Part shown: one piece after another, positions 52,616 to 64,000 of the stretch
Layout of the letters: the number at the start of each line of letters is the position of its first letter
Numbering within the stretch: position 1 is the first letter of the stretch
From: Camelus dromedarius
Lineage: Eukaryota
Assembly (NCBI RefSeq): GCF_036321535.1
Contig: NC_087437.1
Location: 30,444,001-30,508,000 of the forward strand
Direction of reading: 5' to 3'
DNA length: 64,000 nt
Made by a program: the position numbers and the translations under genes
The notes under the pieces: generated by a model
What the model was told of the DNA's origin: nothing
The model's input: only the letters and a program-made list of their open reading frames with translations
Databases searched by the model: none

Positions 52616-53738
52616 TAAAATAGAGGGGATTTAACTCCAAGACTTGGTTATGTGGTTGTTGGAACTCTAAAAGAGCGAAAAATAGCACGCCGACATAACC
52701 CAGATATTAGTCATTGCAGGCAGCAGCTACCACCGCAGGTGGGGGAACAACAGGAAAGGAGTGGTAGCACCAGAGGCTGTGCCCTCCCAGGAATGCTCCC
52801 CAGGACAGGACGCTCCAACAGCCAAGGCTCTAGCCCCCAGCTGGCGCCTCTTTGCTGATACCTGGAGCCACGGAAGGAATTGCCATGTGGTTGATGCCGG
52901 TCAAATCATTCCAATAGGAGTTATTCTAGTGCTAAAGAAAACGAACTGCTTATGAAAAGAAACCTTTTATAGCAAGTGAAAGCTTTGTGATGTTAATGAA
53001 AATCATTTTAATTAATCATTAAAGCCAGTCCCTTAAGGATATATACTAGGTAAGAATTTGTAGTCTGGTTCTAATTACTGCATGAAGCTAAAAGTAACCA
53101 AAAACCATTTCCTCAAAAACAGTCTGTAATTAAGACTGCTCATCAGTTAGACTTGACTTTTTCCCTATCCCAACTTGTCTGAATTAGTAAAGTTCTTACC
53201 AAAAGCAATAAAGCAAAACCATAATAATTGCACTGATTGTGTTCGGCCTCATCCATCATAGGTCTGTAATCATTTGACCTGTAATTATTTTGTCATGGCC
53301 TCGAGCTTTACTAACAATAATTGCCACTATTTATTAAGAGTTAATTATGTACCAGATAAGTTATAAAAATTTCGTTTGATTACTGCAACTTATCTGGGAG
53401 GTAAAGATTACTTCCATTTTAGAGATGAAGAAGCAGTTCTGAAAATGTCCATGAAGTGCGTTCAGAGATTTTTTTTACAGTTACTTTATGATTTATAGTA
53501 TTTATCTTTGTTCTTTATGCTATTACAGAAATTAATGGAAATCTATAAAAATAATTAATCCAAAAGAACACATAGCAATAAAACTATCCACAGCAGAGCG
53601 TATGGGGCATTTTTATTATAGCGGGGGTAGCATCTGTATCTGCTGATTCCATCATCTCAACGGTTCCTACTCAGTTTCTACCGACTGATTTTTCTCCCAG
53701 TTCTAGGTCTTATTTTTCCCATTTCTTTGCATGCCTGG

Positions 53739-54174
53739 TATTATGGGCTGAATTTTGTCTCCCAGTAAGATATGTTGAAGTCCTAACCCCTGGTACCTCG
53801 GAATGTGATCTTATTTAGGAACAGGGGTGTGGCAGATGTAATCAGGTAAGGTAAGGATGTACTGGATAAGGGTGGACCCTTAACCCGGTATGACTGGTGT
53901 CCTTATAAGAGGAGAGGACAGAAACACAAGGAGAACATCATGGGACAGAGGCAGAGACTGGAATGACGCAGCTGAAAGCCAAGGATTAAAGACACCACCA
54001 GCAGCTCAGAACTGGCCAGGGAGAGTCTACCCAGAGTCTTAGAGGGAGCACAGCCCGGCTGACACCTTGATTCCATACTTGTAGCCTCTAGAGCTGTGAG
54101 AGAATCCATTACTGTTGTTTACGTAAGCAGCCTAGTTTGTGTTCCTTTGCACCAGCCACCCTAGGAAACAAATA
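53739..54174 (+). mobile_element. MLT1C-like MaLR solo LTR inside an old L1M segment
   Basis: tattatgggctgaattttgtctccc...gactggtgtccttataagagg...gccaccctaggaaacaaata. Confidence 0.85.
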
Positions 54175-55569
54175 TTAAGTTGCCAGTTTGGATTGGATGC
54201 TGGATGTTGTGAATTTTGCATGTTTGGGTACTGGATAAGGAGTACTGGACTTGGTTCAGGCATGCAATTAACTTACTTAGGAACAGTTTCATCAATTAAG
54301 TTACTTAGGCACAGTTTCATGCTTTCAAAGTTCATCGGGCTGGGTCAGAAGAAACTATTAGTCTAGGGTTAACACCGTTCTTCGAACTTGACTCAGTGCC
54401 CAGGTCCTACAAGCCCTCACTGCTCTGGCTGATGGGAACGTGAACTCTTCCCAGCCCAGCGTGAGCTCCTGGAAATGTTTGACTAACTGCTGTCTGAGGG
54501 TCTTTCCCCAGCCTCAGGGAGCCTCTTCTCTGGCGTGTGCAGATCAGGGATAGCCCAAAGACCAGAGAGGACCCGTCCATCGGCCTCAGGGACTCTCCCC
54601 GTAGCTCTCTCTTCTCTGGTATTCCAGCCCACAAATTCTAGCCACCTCGTCTCTCAAAACTCCGATTTCTATCTCTTCAACTCAGCCGGACTTCTGGGCT
54701 CTGCAACCTGGAAACTGCCTTCGGGCAGAGAGCTGGGTCAGTTGTAGAGCTCGTCTTACTGATTTGACTGTCCTTTTCTCGAAGGTCAGAGTCCTGTACT
54801 GCCTCTTAGCCAACTCATGGAAACTCTTGTTTCACATATTTTATCTGACTTTCCCTTTTTTTTTTTATGTTGAAGATTGAATCCAGTTCCTATTACAGCA
54901 TCATGACTGGAAGGAAAGTATGTTATTTATTTTTTAAGTAAACAGAAATACCATGTTTTGAAGAGTTTCTTTTCTTCCCCTTCTTAGTAGCTGGAAGGCA
55001 CACCCCACCTCACAACTCCCCACTAATGTGAAATATAACATGTATCTCTTTGGCACCAAAAGGTATGCTGTGAAGTCTCCAAGAAAGAGAAGTCTATAAA
55101 GTGAATCAGAGCCTGGCAGATCAGACCCAAGGAACTCTAATCTCAATAAACATCTCAGGTTACTGATGACTGTTAGAGGCTAACTGGTAACAGAAACCGC
55201 ATTTTGCATTTTAAGTGATTTCATGAGCCAAGCAGATGGCAAGCTTCCTCACTAGTCAACAAGTGCAAACTTGGTGATTGCCATCTTCGAAACAATCTCA
55301 CCTCAGCACTGTGTTAGACCAGACCAGGCAGGAGGCCGGGGAAGCACTCAGATGACAAGTGAAAACAGATGTCTTGTGTGGTGTGTGGTGTGATCATTAG
55401 AAACCAGGAAATTTACCTAAGAGTAAGTTGGGCAAAAAGCAACACTCTATACTAAACACGTGCTAAATTATATAGAGTTTGTAAACAGGCCATACTCCAT
55501 AGTTTTATAGCAATCCATAAATTACAAGATATTCTCACATTTTTGTTTTCAAACCCACCCTAGCCAATC

Positions 55570-56040
55570 TCCTATTTCTTAGCTGATGGAAATTCCATTT
55601 TCCAAATGTTCAAGCCAAACACTTGGGTCATTGCTGGCTCCTTTCCTTTCACACACCTCCCATCCAATCCAACCCAGCAAATCTAGGAAGCTCTTAATGT
55701 AAAATAGATCAAGATGCAACAATGCCCTAATGCTCCCTCTGTCCTCTCTGCCTGGATTCCTGCAACAGCCTCCTAACTAGTGAACCTGCTTCCAACCCAG
55801 CTTCCCAAGACTATTTTCAATCCAACAATCAGAATGAACCTAACGTAAATCAGATTATGTCACTCCCCTGCTCAAAAACCAGCGATAGCTCCCTATTTCT
55901 CGCAAAGAAAAAGACAAAATTCTTACAATACTGATAAGACCCCACAGGACCCAACTACCCTGACTGGTTCTTCTTTCCCTGGTCTACCTTTTTTTTTTCC
56001 CCATAATTTCATTGTCTAGCATGTTGTATAGTTAGGTTAT
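55570..56040 (+). mobile_element. L2 LINE fragment
   Basis: tgcaacagcctcctaactagt and aaatcagattatgtcactcccctgctcaaaa are L2 motifs. Confidence 0.7.
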
Positions 56041-56491
56041 GCCAAAATGCAATCCAGTCCAGCAAACCAGCAGCACTGATTGATAAAATGACACACATGC
56101 CCTCAACTCATGCATTTAGCAACTACAGGTTTAATACTAACTACGTTAGGAACATTGTCATGTACAACTCTCCTTTTTGGTAGATACCAATGATTTGTAG
56201 AGCAGTTCGAGGTAAATGTGGGTGAATCACTACCCCACACTCTTTCTATTTAAGGCTATAACAAAAGCAAAGGGGAATATGTGCAGGTATGAGATGAGCA
56301 AACATTCATTAGCAAGCCCCACAAAACAGCTCTGATAAGCCATGTAAGTTCAGAGAAATTCCAGCTCTGTGGATCCCTCGTAAGTTACCTGACAAGTTCA
56401 TTTGAGGCAAACACAATGACATTTCAGAGGCAAGATTCTGTTAACCTTTTAGGCATCATCAAGCAACCAGAATCCTCTTAAAACAATAGTA

Positions 56492-57052
56492 CAAACAGTA
56501 TGGATATTCCTTAAAAAACTAAAAATAGAGTTACCCTATGATCCAGCAATCCCACTCCTGGGCATATATCCAGAGAAAACTCTAAATTGAAAAGATACAT
56601 GCACCCCAAAGTTCATAGTAGCACTATTTACAATAGCAAAGACATAGAAGCAACTTAAGTGTCCATCAACAGATGACTGGATGAAGAAGTTGTGGCATAT
56701 ATATATATACATACATACACATACATATATATACACAATGGAATACTACTGAGCCATAAAAAAGAATAAAATAATGCCATTTGCAGCAACATGGATGAAC
56801 CTAGAGATTGTCATACTAAGTAAAGTAAGCCAGAAAGAGAAAGAAAAATACCATATATCACTTATATGTGGAATCTAAAAAAATGACACAAGTGAGCTAA
56901 TTTACAAAACAGAGACAGACTCACAGACATAGAAAACAAACTTACGGTTACTAGGGGGAAGGTGGGGAGGGATAAATTAGGAGTTTGGGATTAGCAGATA
57001 CAAAGTACTGTATATAAAATAGATAAACAACAAGGTACATATGTAGGATGGA

Positions 57053-57093
<41 letters not shown>

Positions 57094-57095
57094 TA
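56492..57095 (+). mobile_element. L1 3' fragment ending in a (TG)n(TA)n microsatellite
   Basis: atgatccagcaatcccactcctgggcatatatcc, L1 3' UTR, then TG/TA repeats at about 57053-57092. Confidence 0.9.
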
Positions 57096-57775
57096 AATTC
57101 CATATATATAGGATCATTTAGGGGATGAGCCCGGGGTGCCTTTTCTAAGAACACAGACTACAGGCTTCCCCTAGTTTTTATACCTTGTTCATGCAAGAGG
57201 GATAGCCAATCCTCTTATTTTGACTACCTCAAACTTCACAAAGGAGAGCCCATTTCTAACACATACAGTCAACCAATCCCCATGTTTATCAATATCACAG
57301 TTCTGACATTCAATTCTGATGAAATATCTAATTACCACACCCTTGGTTTGATCAAGATACCAATAATAGTGATGGTAGTATGTCTGATATGAGTCTGCTA
57401 TAGTCTAGCAGTGGTTCACCCCTGATGTGTGGATTCCCCAGGGGGGCAAATCTCTGCTCCTAGACTTAAAATTTGTATTAACTAACACACATCAATTTCA
57501 TATTATCTACAGGGAATATATTAAAGTAGACTAGAAATCCTAGAGCACATGGCAATGAGTTAACTGGCACCTCCACTGACAAATAGTTCAACGCCTGCTA
57601 TTTTCACTATAACAAGCACCAAGACAGAGTAGGTTTTATTTTCCTCTTTTTCTTTTTTTTCTCAGCCACAACTTGATCGATTCCTGGCATCACATACCAT
57701 GCCTGTGGCAGAAACTGAAAAGCCAATCATAAAAAATTGGAAGACAGGAATGTCACATCAAAATTTCTTAAGTGT

Positions 57776-57960
57776 ATGAGGTAAATAAAATAAACAAGGA
57801 CCTACTGTATAGCACAGGGAACTATATTCAACATCTTATAATAACCTATGATGGAAAGGAATCTGAAAAGAATACATATATATAACTGAATCACTTTTTT
57901 GTATACCTGAAACATTGTAAGTCAACTATACTTCAATTAAAAAATTAAATAAATTACAAA
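57776..57960 (+). mobile_element. L1 tail with 16-bp TSD
   Basis: AAAATTTCTTAAGTGT at 57760-57775 and 57961-57976. Confidence 0.88.
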
Positions 57961-58259
57961 AAAATTTCTTAAGTGTGGATAACTGTACTCTCCCCACCAA
58001 AAACTTCTTATGTCTGTGGGAAGAACTGATGAAAGAAAAATGGCCTTTACACAAAATCAGAAAATTCATGAGTTAGAACATATAATGTGAATGCAATTGG
58101 AATCCTATTTGCCAATCATTTTTTATTCCTTCTGAATGCTTTTTCTGATGCTTTATGGCTTGAATGATTCTGTTGTAAATGTAGAATAAGTGGCTTTTCT
58201 GTTTTAAAAAGCAAGAATGTGTTTCTAATAAAAGTACTAGATTAAAAATACTCTTTTCA

Positions 58260-58365
58260 AGAAAAAAAATATGACAATGAATATATATATGTTCATGTAT
58301 AACTGAAAAATTGTGCTCTACACAGGAATTTGACACAACATTGTAAAATGATTATAAATCAATTA
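58260..58365 (+). mobile_element. Young L1 tail with 16-bp TSD
   Basis: AAAAATACTCTTTTCA at 58244-58259 and 58366-58381. Confidence 0.88.
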
Positions 58366-58695
58366 AAAAATACTCTTTTCATTGTATGCCAATATTTTTC
58401 ATTTTTATATTTGCTAATGTGTCTGAGCAAATAGAAACATCAGATAAGTCAGCTGTGAACCTTAATGTAAAAATTATTCATTGTACACGAGTCAACAGTA
58501 TTTCCTTCAGAAAGCTCTGCCAAACACTATCAGTCTAAAATGTATTGTTCTATCAAGCCACGTGTCATTCAGGGAGAGCTGTAAAAGAAAACCTTTCTTG
58601 ATTTTTTTCCCTGGGTTTTGCTAAACAATATTTGCAATGTTTATGTCCTTCAGATCATAAAGTCTCTAAAATTGACTATTTAAAAAGAGATCTTG

Positions 58696-58837
58696 GTGGG
58701 GAGGATATAGCTCAGTGGTAGAGTGCATGCTTACCATGTACAAAGTCCTGGGTTCAATCCCCAGCACCTCCATTAAATAAACAAACAAATAAACAAACAA
58801 ACAACCTAATTACCTCCCCTCCCACAAAAAGGGAGAG
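58696..58837 (+). mobile_element. tRNA-derived SINE (camelid type) with TSD
   Basis: tagctcagtggtagag...gggttcaatcccc; AGAGATCTTG at 58686-58695 and 58838-58847. Confidence 0.9.
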
Positions 58838-59907
58838 AGAGATCTTGACTTGTATTATAGAAAGCCACCTGGTTTTTCCAAGTTTTCAGTTATTGATAAT
58901 GAACAAAAACAGAACACATACTGATTCTGGCATGGCCAACGTGGGGTTGGAAGTGTTTCTGTGGAAGAGGCACGCTTTGGGCTGGGCCTTAGGGAATTTC
59001 TGGCATTCAGCTCACAGCCCAGGTGAGAACCAAAGACAAGTGTGTGGTGGAGACCAGAAGGAGCACTTGCTGGGGAAAGAGTGGGGCTGAGGGTGGAGGA
59101 GGAAGGTGAGGAGGGAGGAGGCGACGGAGGCCACTGAGGTTGGAAATCAGCTCTGCAAACTAAGGTGCATGATCTAAGACGCGAACTAAGCACTGGCTTA
59201 GGGCACGAGCACCGCAGAGGCCCCAAGAAAGGAGCAATTTTAAACTTCACCAAGTTTATCTAGAACTTTGCAAGCCAAAATTCTAAAGAGGGGCTATTTT
59301 CATTTCAACATCAATGTGACTTGTACCTTTGAGGGATGAGTGATGCTTTATTTTGAATTATATAAGATGAGAGATGAGGGGTGTGTGGCGCCATCTTCTC
59401 CTTAGTCCCGGCGCCTCAAAAGGTCTTATTTGGCCTCCAAGTGGAGCTCTGGAGGAGAAAGCTTGGAAAGGTGATAGGAAAAAATACCCTGGCACAGCGG
59501 GACAAAGAAAGCAGCGTCTCGCAAAGAGTAAGCGCGCAGTGATGTACAAGGTGGAGCGGAACACAGTGAGAATTGTCACGCGGGTGTGAGGTGATGGAGG
59601 ACCTGCCAGGATGACTAGCCCGGGGATATTCTGAGAAATGTCTCATTTATCAACACCAAGAGGCAGTGTTGAAAGTAGCATAATCCACTTTCGTTCTATT
59701 TTTGTAGGGCAAAATTGTCCTATTTATGTAGGTTAAATGTAACTAAATCTGTTAATACTCTCTCTGTCAAATAGTCTCCTTATAATAACGCCAAATCTTA
59801 TAAAACAAACATATATATGCACATGTACATATATATATATGTGCATATATACATATGTATGTAGAAAGAACTGATTAAATTCCAAAAATTACCAATGTCG
59901 GTGTGTC

Positions 59908-61445
59908 TTTTTGAGATAATAGTTCACATAGCAAACAATTCACCCATTTAAAGTGTAGAATTGAATGATTTTTAGTATATTTACAGGTAAGTGCTATCAT
60001 CACCATGGTCAGTTTTAGAACATTTTTATCACCTCTAAAAGAAACTCTTTAGTTATCATCCCCCACCACTCCAGTCCACTCCCAGCCCTAAGCAACAACT
60101 TATCTACTTTCTGTCTCTGTAGAGAAATAGATATTTCGTATGAATGGAGTCATAGATTATATGGTGTCTTAAACACTGGCTTTGTTCACCTATAATGTTT
60201 TCAACATTCATACATGTTGTAGCATGTATCAGTACTTCATTCCTTTTTAATGCTGAATAATATTACATTCTATGCAGGTATGTGCCACATTTTTTTATCC
60301 ATTCATCAGTTGATGGACACATAGACTGTTTCCATCTTTTGGTGATTAAGAAGAATGCTGCAATAAACATTTGTGTACCAGCTTTTCTTGTAGGCATGTT
60401 TTCATTTCTTCTGGGTCTATACCTGGGAGTGGAAGTTCTGGGTCATGTGGTAACTCTTGTGTTCAATCATTTGAGGAACTGCTAGACTGTTTTTCAAGGT
60501 TGCTTCACCATTTTACATTCCCACCAGCTGTGGCTGAGGGTTCTGAATTCTCTACATCCCCACCAACATTAATTATTATCTGATTTTTATTCTAGCCATC
60601 CTAGTGGGTATGAAGTGCTATCTCATGGTGCTTTTGATTTGCATTTCCCTAACGACTAGTAATATTGAACATCTTTCCATGTGCTTATTGGCTATTTATA
60701 TATCTTCCTTGGGGAAATGTCTGTCAGCTCCTTTGCCCATTTTTAGTTAGGTTATTTGGGTTTTTATTATTGAAGTTTAAGAGCTCTTTATATATGCTAG
60801 ATACTTCTTATCAGATATATAATTTGCAAGTATCTTCTCCCATTTTGGGGGAAGAAAATGTTTTCACTTTCTTGATGGTGACCCTTCAAGAAAACTAGTT
60901 TTTAAATTTGATGAAGTCCCATTTATCTATTTTTAATTTGGTTGCTGGTGTTTTTAGTATCTTATCTAAGAATCCTTGCCAAATCCAAGGTTCTGAAAGT
61001 TTACCCCTGTGTTTTTTTCTAAGAATTTTGTAGTTCTAGCTTTTACATTTAGGTCTTTGATCCATTTTTAGTTAATTTTTGCATATGATGTGAGGTAAGG
61101 TTTTGACTTCATTTTACATGTGACTTTCCAGTTGTCACAGAACCACCGATTAAAAAGACTTTTCTTTCCACATTGGATGGCCTTGGTGCCTTCTCAAAAC
61201 TCAGTTAGCCATAGATGTGTGGGTTTATTTCTAGACTCTCAATTCCATTCCAGTGATCAATAGACCTAACCTTATACCAGTGCTACACTGTCATGATTAC
61301 CATTGTTTTGTAGTAAGTTTGAAATCAGGAAGTGTACATCCTCCAACTCTGTTCTTCTTTTTCAAGATTGTTTTGGCTAATCTGGGTCCTTGCCATTCCA
61401 TATGAATTTTATAATCATCTTACCAATTTCTACAAAGAAGTCAAC
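59908..61445 (-). mobile_element. Old L1M (L1MB-like) 3' region
   Basis: caattcacccatttaaagtgta, tttacattcccaccag, tttgatttgcatttccct, tcaagattgttttggcta. Confidence 0.88.
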
Positions 61446-63067
61446 TTCTTTCTTGAAAAAAAATAAGTAGGTAATAAAACACATTTCATCTTAACACTTG
61501 AAGGATATTTTAAAGTCGAGCATACCAATCAAGCAGAACAGATTACCTTATACTTTTGGCAGGAGCACACAAGAAAACGGAAAATGTTTTTAAAATTTTT
61601 TCAGCCAAGCAGATTCAGCACTATCAGAAAATTCAATCCTATCTTCCTGGAGAGGGAATTAGCTTTTAGACAGTCAAGGAAACACATTCAGATCCTGGGG
61701 TTAAAGATCACTGGGCATCATTTCCACTACTTTAATGAGCATTTATCCATCACCTCGCCCTCCTCCAATGTCTTGATTCCAATCTTCCCCCACAAGTCTA
61801 ATACAGATAAAGCAGATGCAATATTTTAAAATGCTCATTCCCCTTTCTGACAGGCAGAGAAGGGTCTCAGAGAACCTCTGAAGCTTACTGGTTTTTGAAA
61901 TTGGAGGAACTTAACATTCCAAGGAAAGAACACTGAGTTTGGGGGAAGCTGATAGTATTAGAAAATTATTGTTCTCTTGGCTTCTGACTGGGCTGGTTTA
62001 TGTCAATTTTGTATATTTATCATAGCTGGGTAAAATATTAACTTGTCCTAAAAGGAAGAGCTCTAAACACTAAAAATAATTTTTCCCCAACTCATTTTAT
62101 TTAGAAATTTCTGGAAATATTAAATTCTAAAATACTTCAATGATGCACCTTGGAATTTTTTTAATCAATAAAAGCACACAAATGTAGCCTCCCACCTCCC
62201 TTTCCTTAAGATAAAATTCTCTGAAAGATGTAACTTATTGATGTACTTGCAAACCAGTGACAATAGAAGTTTGCCACCCACTCAAAACTACACACAAAAA
62301 TTATCTTCATTATTTCTATTCTTTCCCTCTAAATTCTTATTTTTATCCCCACCCCCACCCCCAGGAAAGTAAAACTGCATGAGCTTTGCTTTTCATAAGA
62401 GTATTTTTCTGCCAATAAGTGTAAAATTCATCTGATTTTTTTCCCACATGAATGATATATTAGTGGAGACACATGCTCCTCCAGGGGCTGGGCATTTGTA
62501 ATCAGATCATGTGGCAATGACTTACTCTGTAGCCATTTAAATTAGCAGCATTATATGACAAGACCAACGGGTAGCAACTTGGTGGCCAAAAAAGAGTCAG
62601 GCCGCCTTGGGTTGAGCTTTCTTGATGTTATTCTTTAACTATGTGATCTGGGGGCAAGTTAATCTGGTTCAAATTCTTCATTGCTACAAATAGGATTTTT
62701 AAAATGTCCATCTTATAGCTTTGCTCTGATTATACTAAGAAAAGAAAAGAAAAAGAAAACTGTGTAGACTTTAACCTACAATAAGACTATAAAATATCCC
62801 CACAAGATTCATGTATTTTTAATGCAAGTTGCCTAATAGACTGAATTATACAGATAATGCAAAAAAAAATGCTTAATTCTGCCTTAAGTCTAACTCAAAA
62901 GCAATGTTTTAATCTTCCTTGTCTTTTAAAACCTATATATGATTTTTTGAAAGTACCTGAATGATTCCATATCACTAAGACTGATATATAGGGGAAATTC
63001 CACTGCAGGGTTTTCTGTCTGATGCTCTTCAGGGAACAGACTTCTCAAATCACACATTTAGCTATTT

Positions 63068-63111
63068 CTAAAATTAGCGTGCATTTCTCACTTGTTGCCA
63101 CTAGATGGCAC
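63068..63111 (+). promoter_or_regulatory. CTCF motif with upstream module, next to a MEF2 site
   Basis: TGCCACTAGATGGCAC (63096-63111); TGCATT 12 nt before CCAC; CTAAAATTAG (63068-63077) fits CTA(W)4TAG. Confidence 0.65.
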
Positions 63112-63286
63112 ACAGATACATACATAAACCAATGAATTGTTGTACAGGAGGAAATCAATCTGGGTTAAAATAAGCCTTGTTAAAACCACATGGCCATAAC
63201 ATTTGAAATGGAGGAAGATGGAGAGTACCTGGAAAACCATTATCTTTTTGACAAGAAATGATATAGGGAATTAATCATTTAGCGAT

Positions 63287-63708
63287 TGTATTAGTTTCCC
63301 AGCTGTGTTTAAACAAAGTACCAGGAACCCAGTGGCTTAAAAATAACAAAATGTATTACCTCACAGTGGAGGAGCCTAGACGTTGGAAATCAAAGCGTCG
63401 GCAGGGTTGATTCCTTCTTGAGGGAGAATCTGTTCCAAGTTCCTCTCCTAGTTTCCGGTGGGCGTCAGCGATCCTTGGCGCTCCTCAGCTAGAAGATGCA
63501 CCCCCCCCCCCCACCTCCGTCTCGGTCTTCACACGGCCTTCTCTGTGTCTGCACGTGGCCTTCTGTAAGTCTAGCAGTCACCGGACTAATCCAGTATGAC
63601 CTCATCTTAACGAATTACATCTGCAAAGACCTTATTTCCCAAGAAGGTCATATTCTGAGATGCCAGGTGGACATCGACTTGGGGGGACATTATTCAGCAC
63701 AGTCCACA
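63287..63708 (-). mobile_element. MLT1C-like MaLR solo LTR
   Basis: tgtattagtttccc...gtggcttaaaaataaca...atctgcaaagaccttatttcc...gggggacattattcagc. Confidence 0.82.
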
Positions 63709-63714
63709 CAGCAA

Positions 63715-63935
63715 CACCCAAACTGGGCAGCCAGGTTTGGAGCCGCGCTGTGAGATGCATGGACAAGCCAGGTTAATGGAAGCATCGCGTCTTCATCTTG
63801 TGAAAAAGGAACAGTAACAGTAAGTGCCTCATAGTGCTGTGAGGAGTAAATGAGGCCGTACACGCCATGCACTTAGCGCCTGGCGCATAGTAAGTACTCG
63901 CTAAATATTAGCTCTTACCCTCGTTATTATTATTA
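63715..63935 (+). mobile_element. MIR
   Basis: cctcatagtgctgtgaggagtaaatgag...cacttagcgcctggcgcatagtaagtactcgctaaatattagct. Confidence 0.75.
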
Positions 63936-64000
63936 TTAGTGCAATTAAAAATGAGGCCTCCTACCTTACATTCTCTCCAGAGCCTGACATAAAGGGTTCT

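Noticed and set aside
54265..54320. 28-bp tandem duplication with 2 mismatches
   Set aside because: Only two units with no spacer, inside a decayed L1. An ordinary local duplication, not an array.
58696..58770. tRNA-like A/B boxes (also at 2.9, 23.3, 24.4, 47.9, 48.8 and 52.2 kb) as tRNA genes
   Set aside because: They carry A-rich tails, several have TSDs, and they are dispersed diverged copies, so they are SINEs.
59810..59862. Quasi-palindromic TA/CA-rich tract
   Set aside because: Low-complexity microsatellite; the symmetry follows from its composition.

Overview
AT-rich mammalian genomic DNA. The tRNA-derived SINEs and the L1 3' ends are of cetartiodactyl type and look camelid (alpaca/camel); this is an inference. 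The one gene I can support is missing from the supplied ORF track: a three-exon minus-strand gene at about 11.23-14.05 kb encoding a 35-aa (or 34-aa) single-pass micropeptide, [36 protein letters not shown] recognise it as STRIT1/DWORF, the muscle SERCA activator. It is a known gene, not a new system. The CDS is 13 nt in exon 1 (13988-14000) plus 95 nt in exon 2 (11423-11517). It has a NAGNAG tandem acceptor, a non-coding exon 3 with ATTAAA, and a muscle-type promoter (TATA/MEF2-like, E-boxes, MEF2+TEAD cluster). The rest is intergenic DNA dense with transposon fossils (L1, L2, MIR, SINE, MLT1/MER21 LTRs, MER2/MER5/MER20/MER63, a two-ended hAT element). The most unusual non-genic feature is a CpG island (about 50.16-50.76 kb) lying inside an ancient ERV-L pol fragment, with YY1 motifs and a strong splice donor pointing toward STRIT1. 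Two strong CTCF motifs lie at 36.2 and 63.1 kb. Repeat family names come from recalled consensus sequences, and repeat boundaries are approximate.
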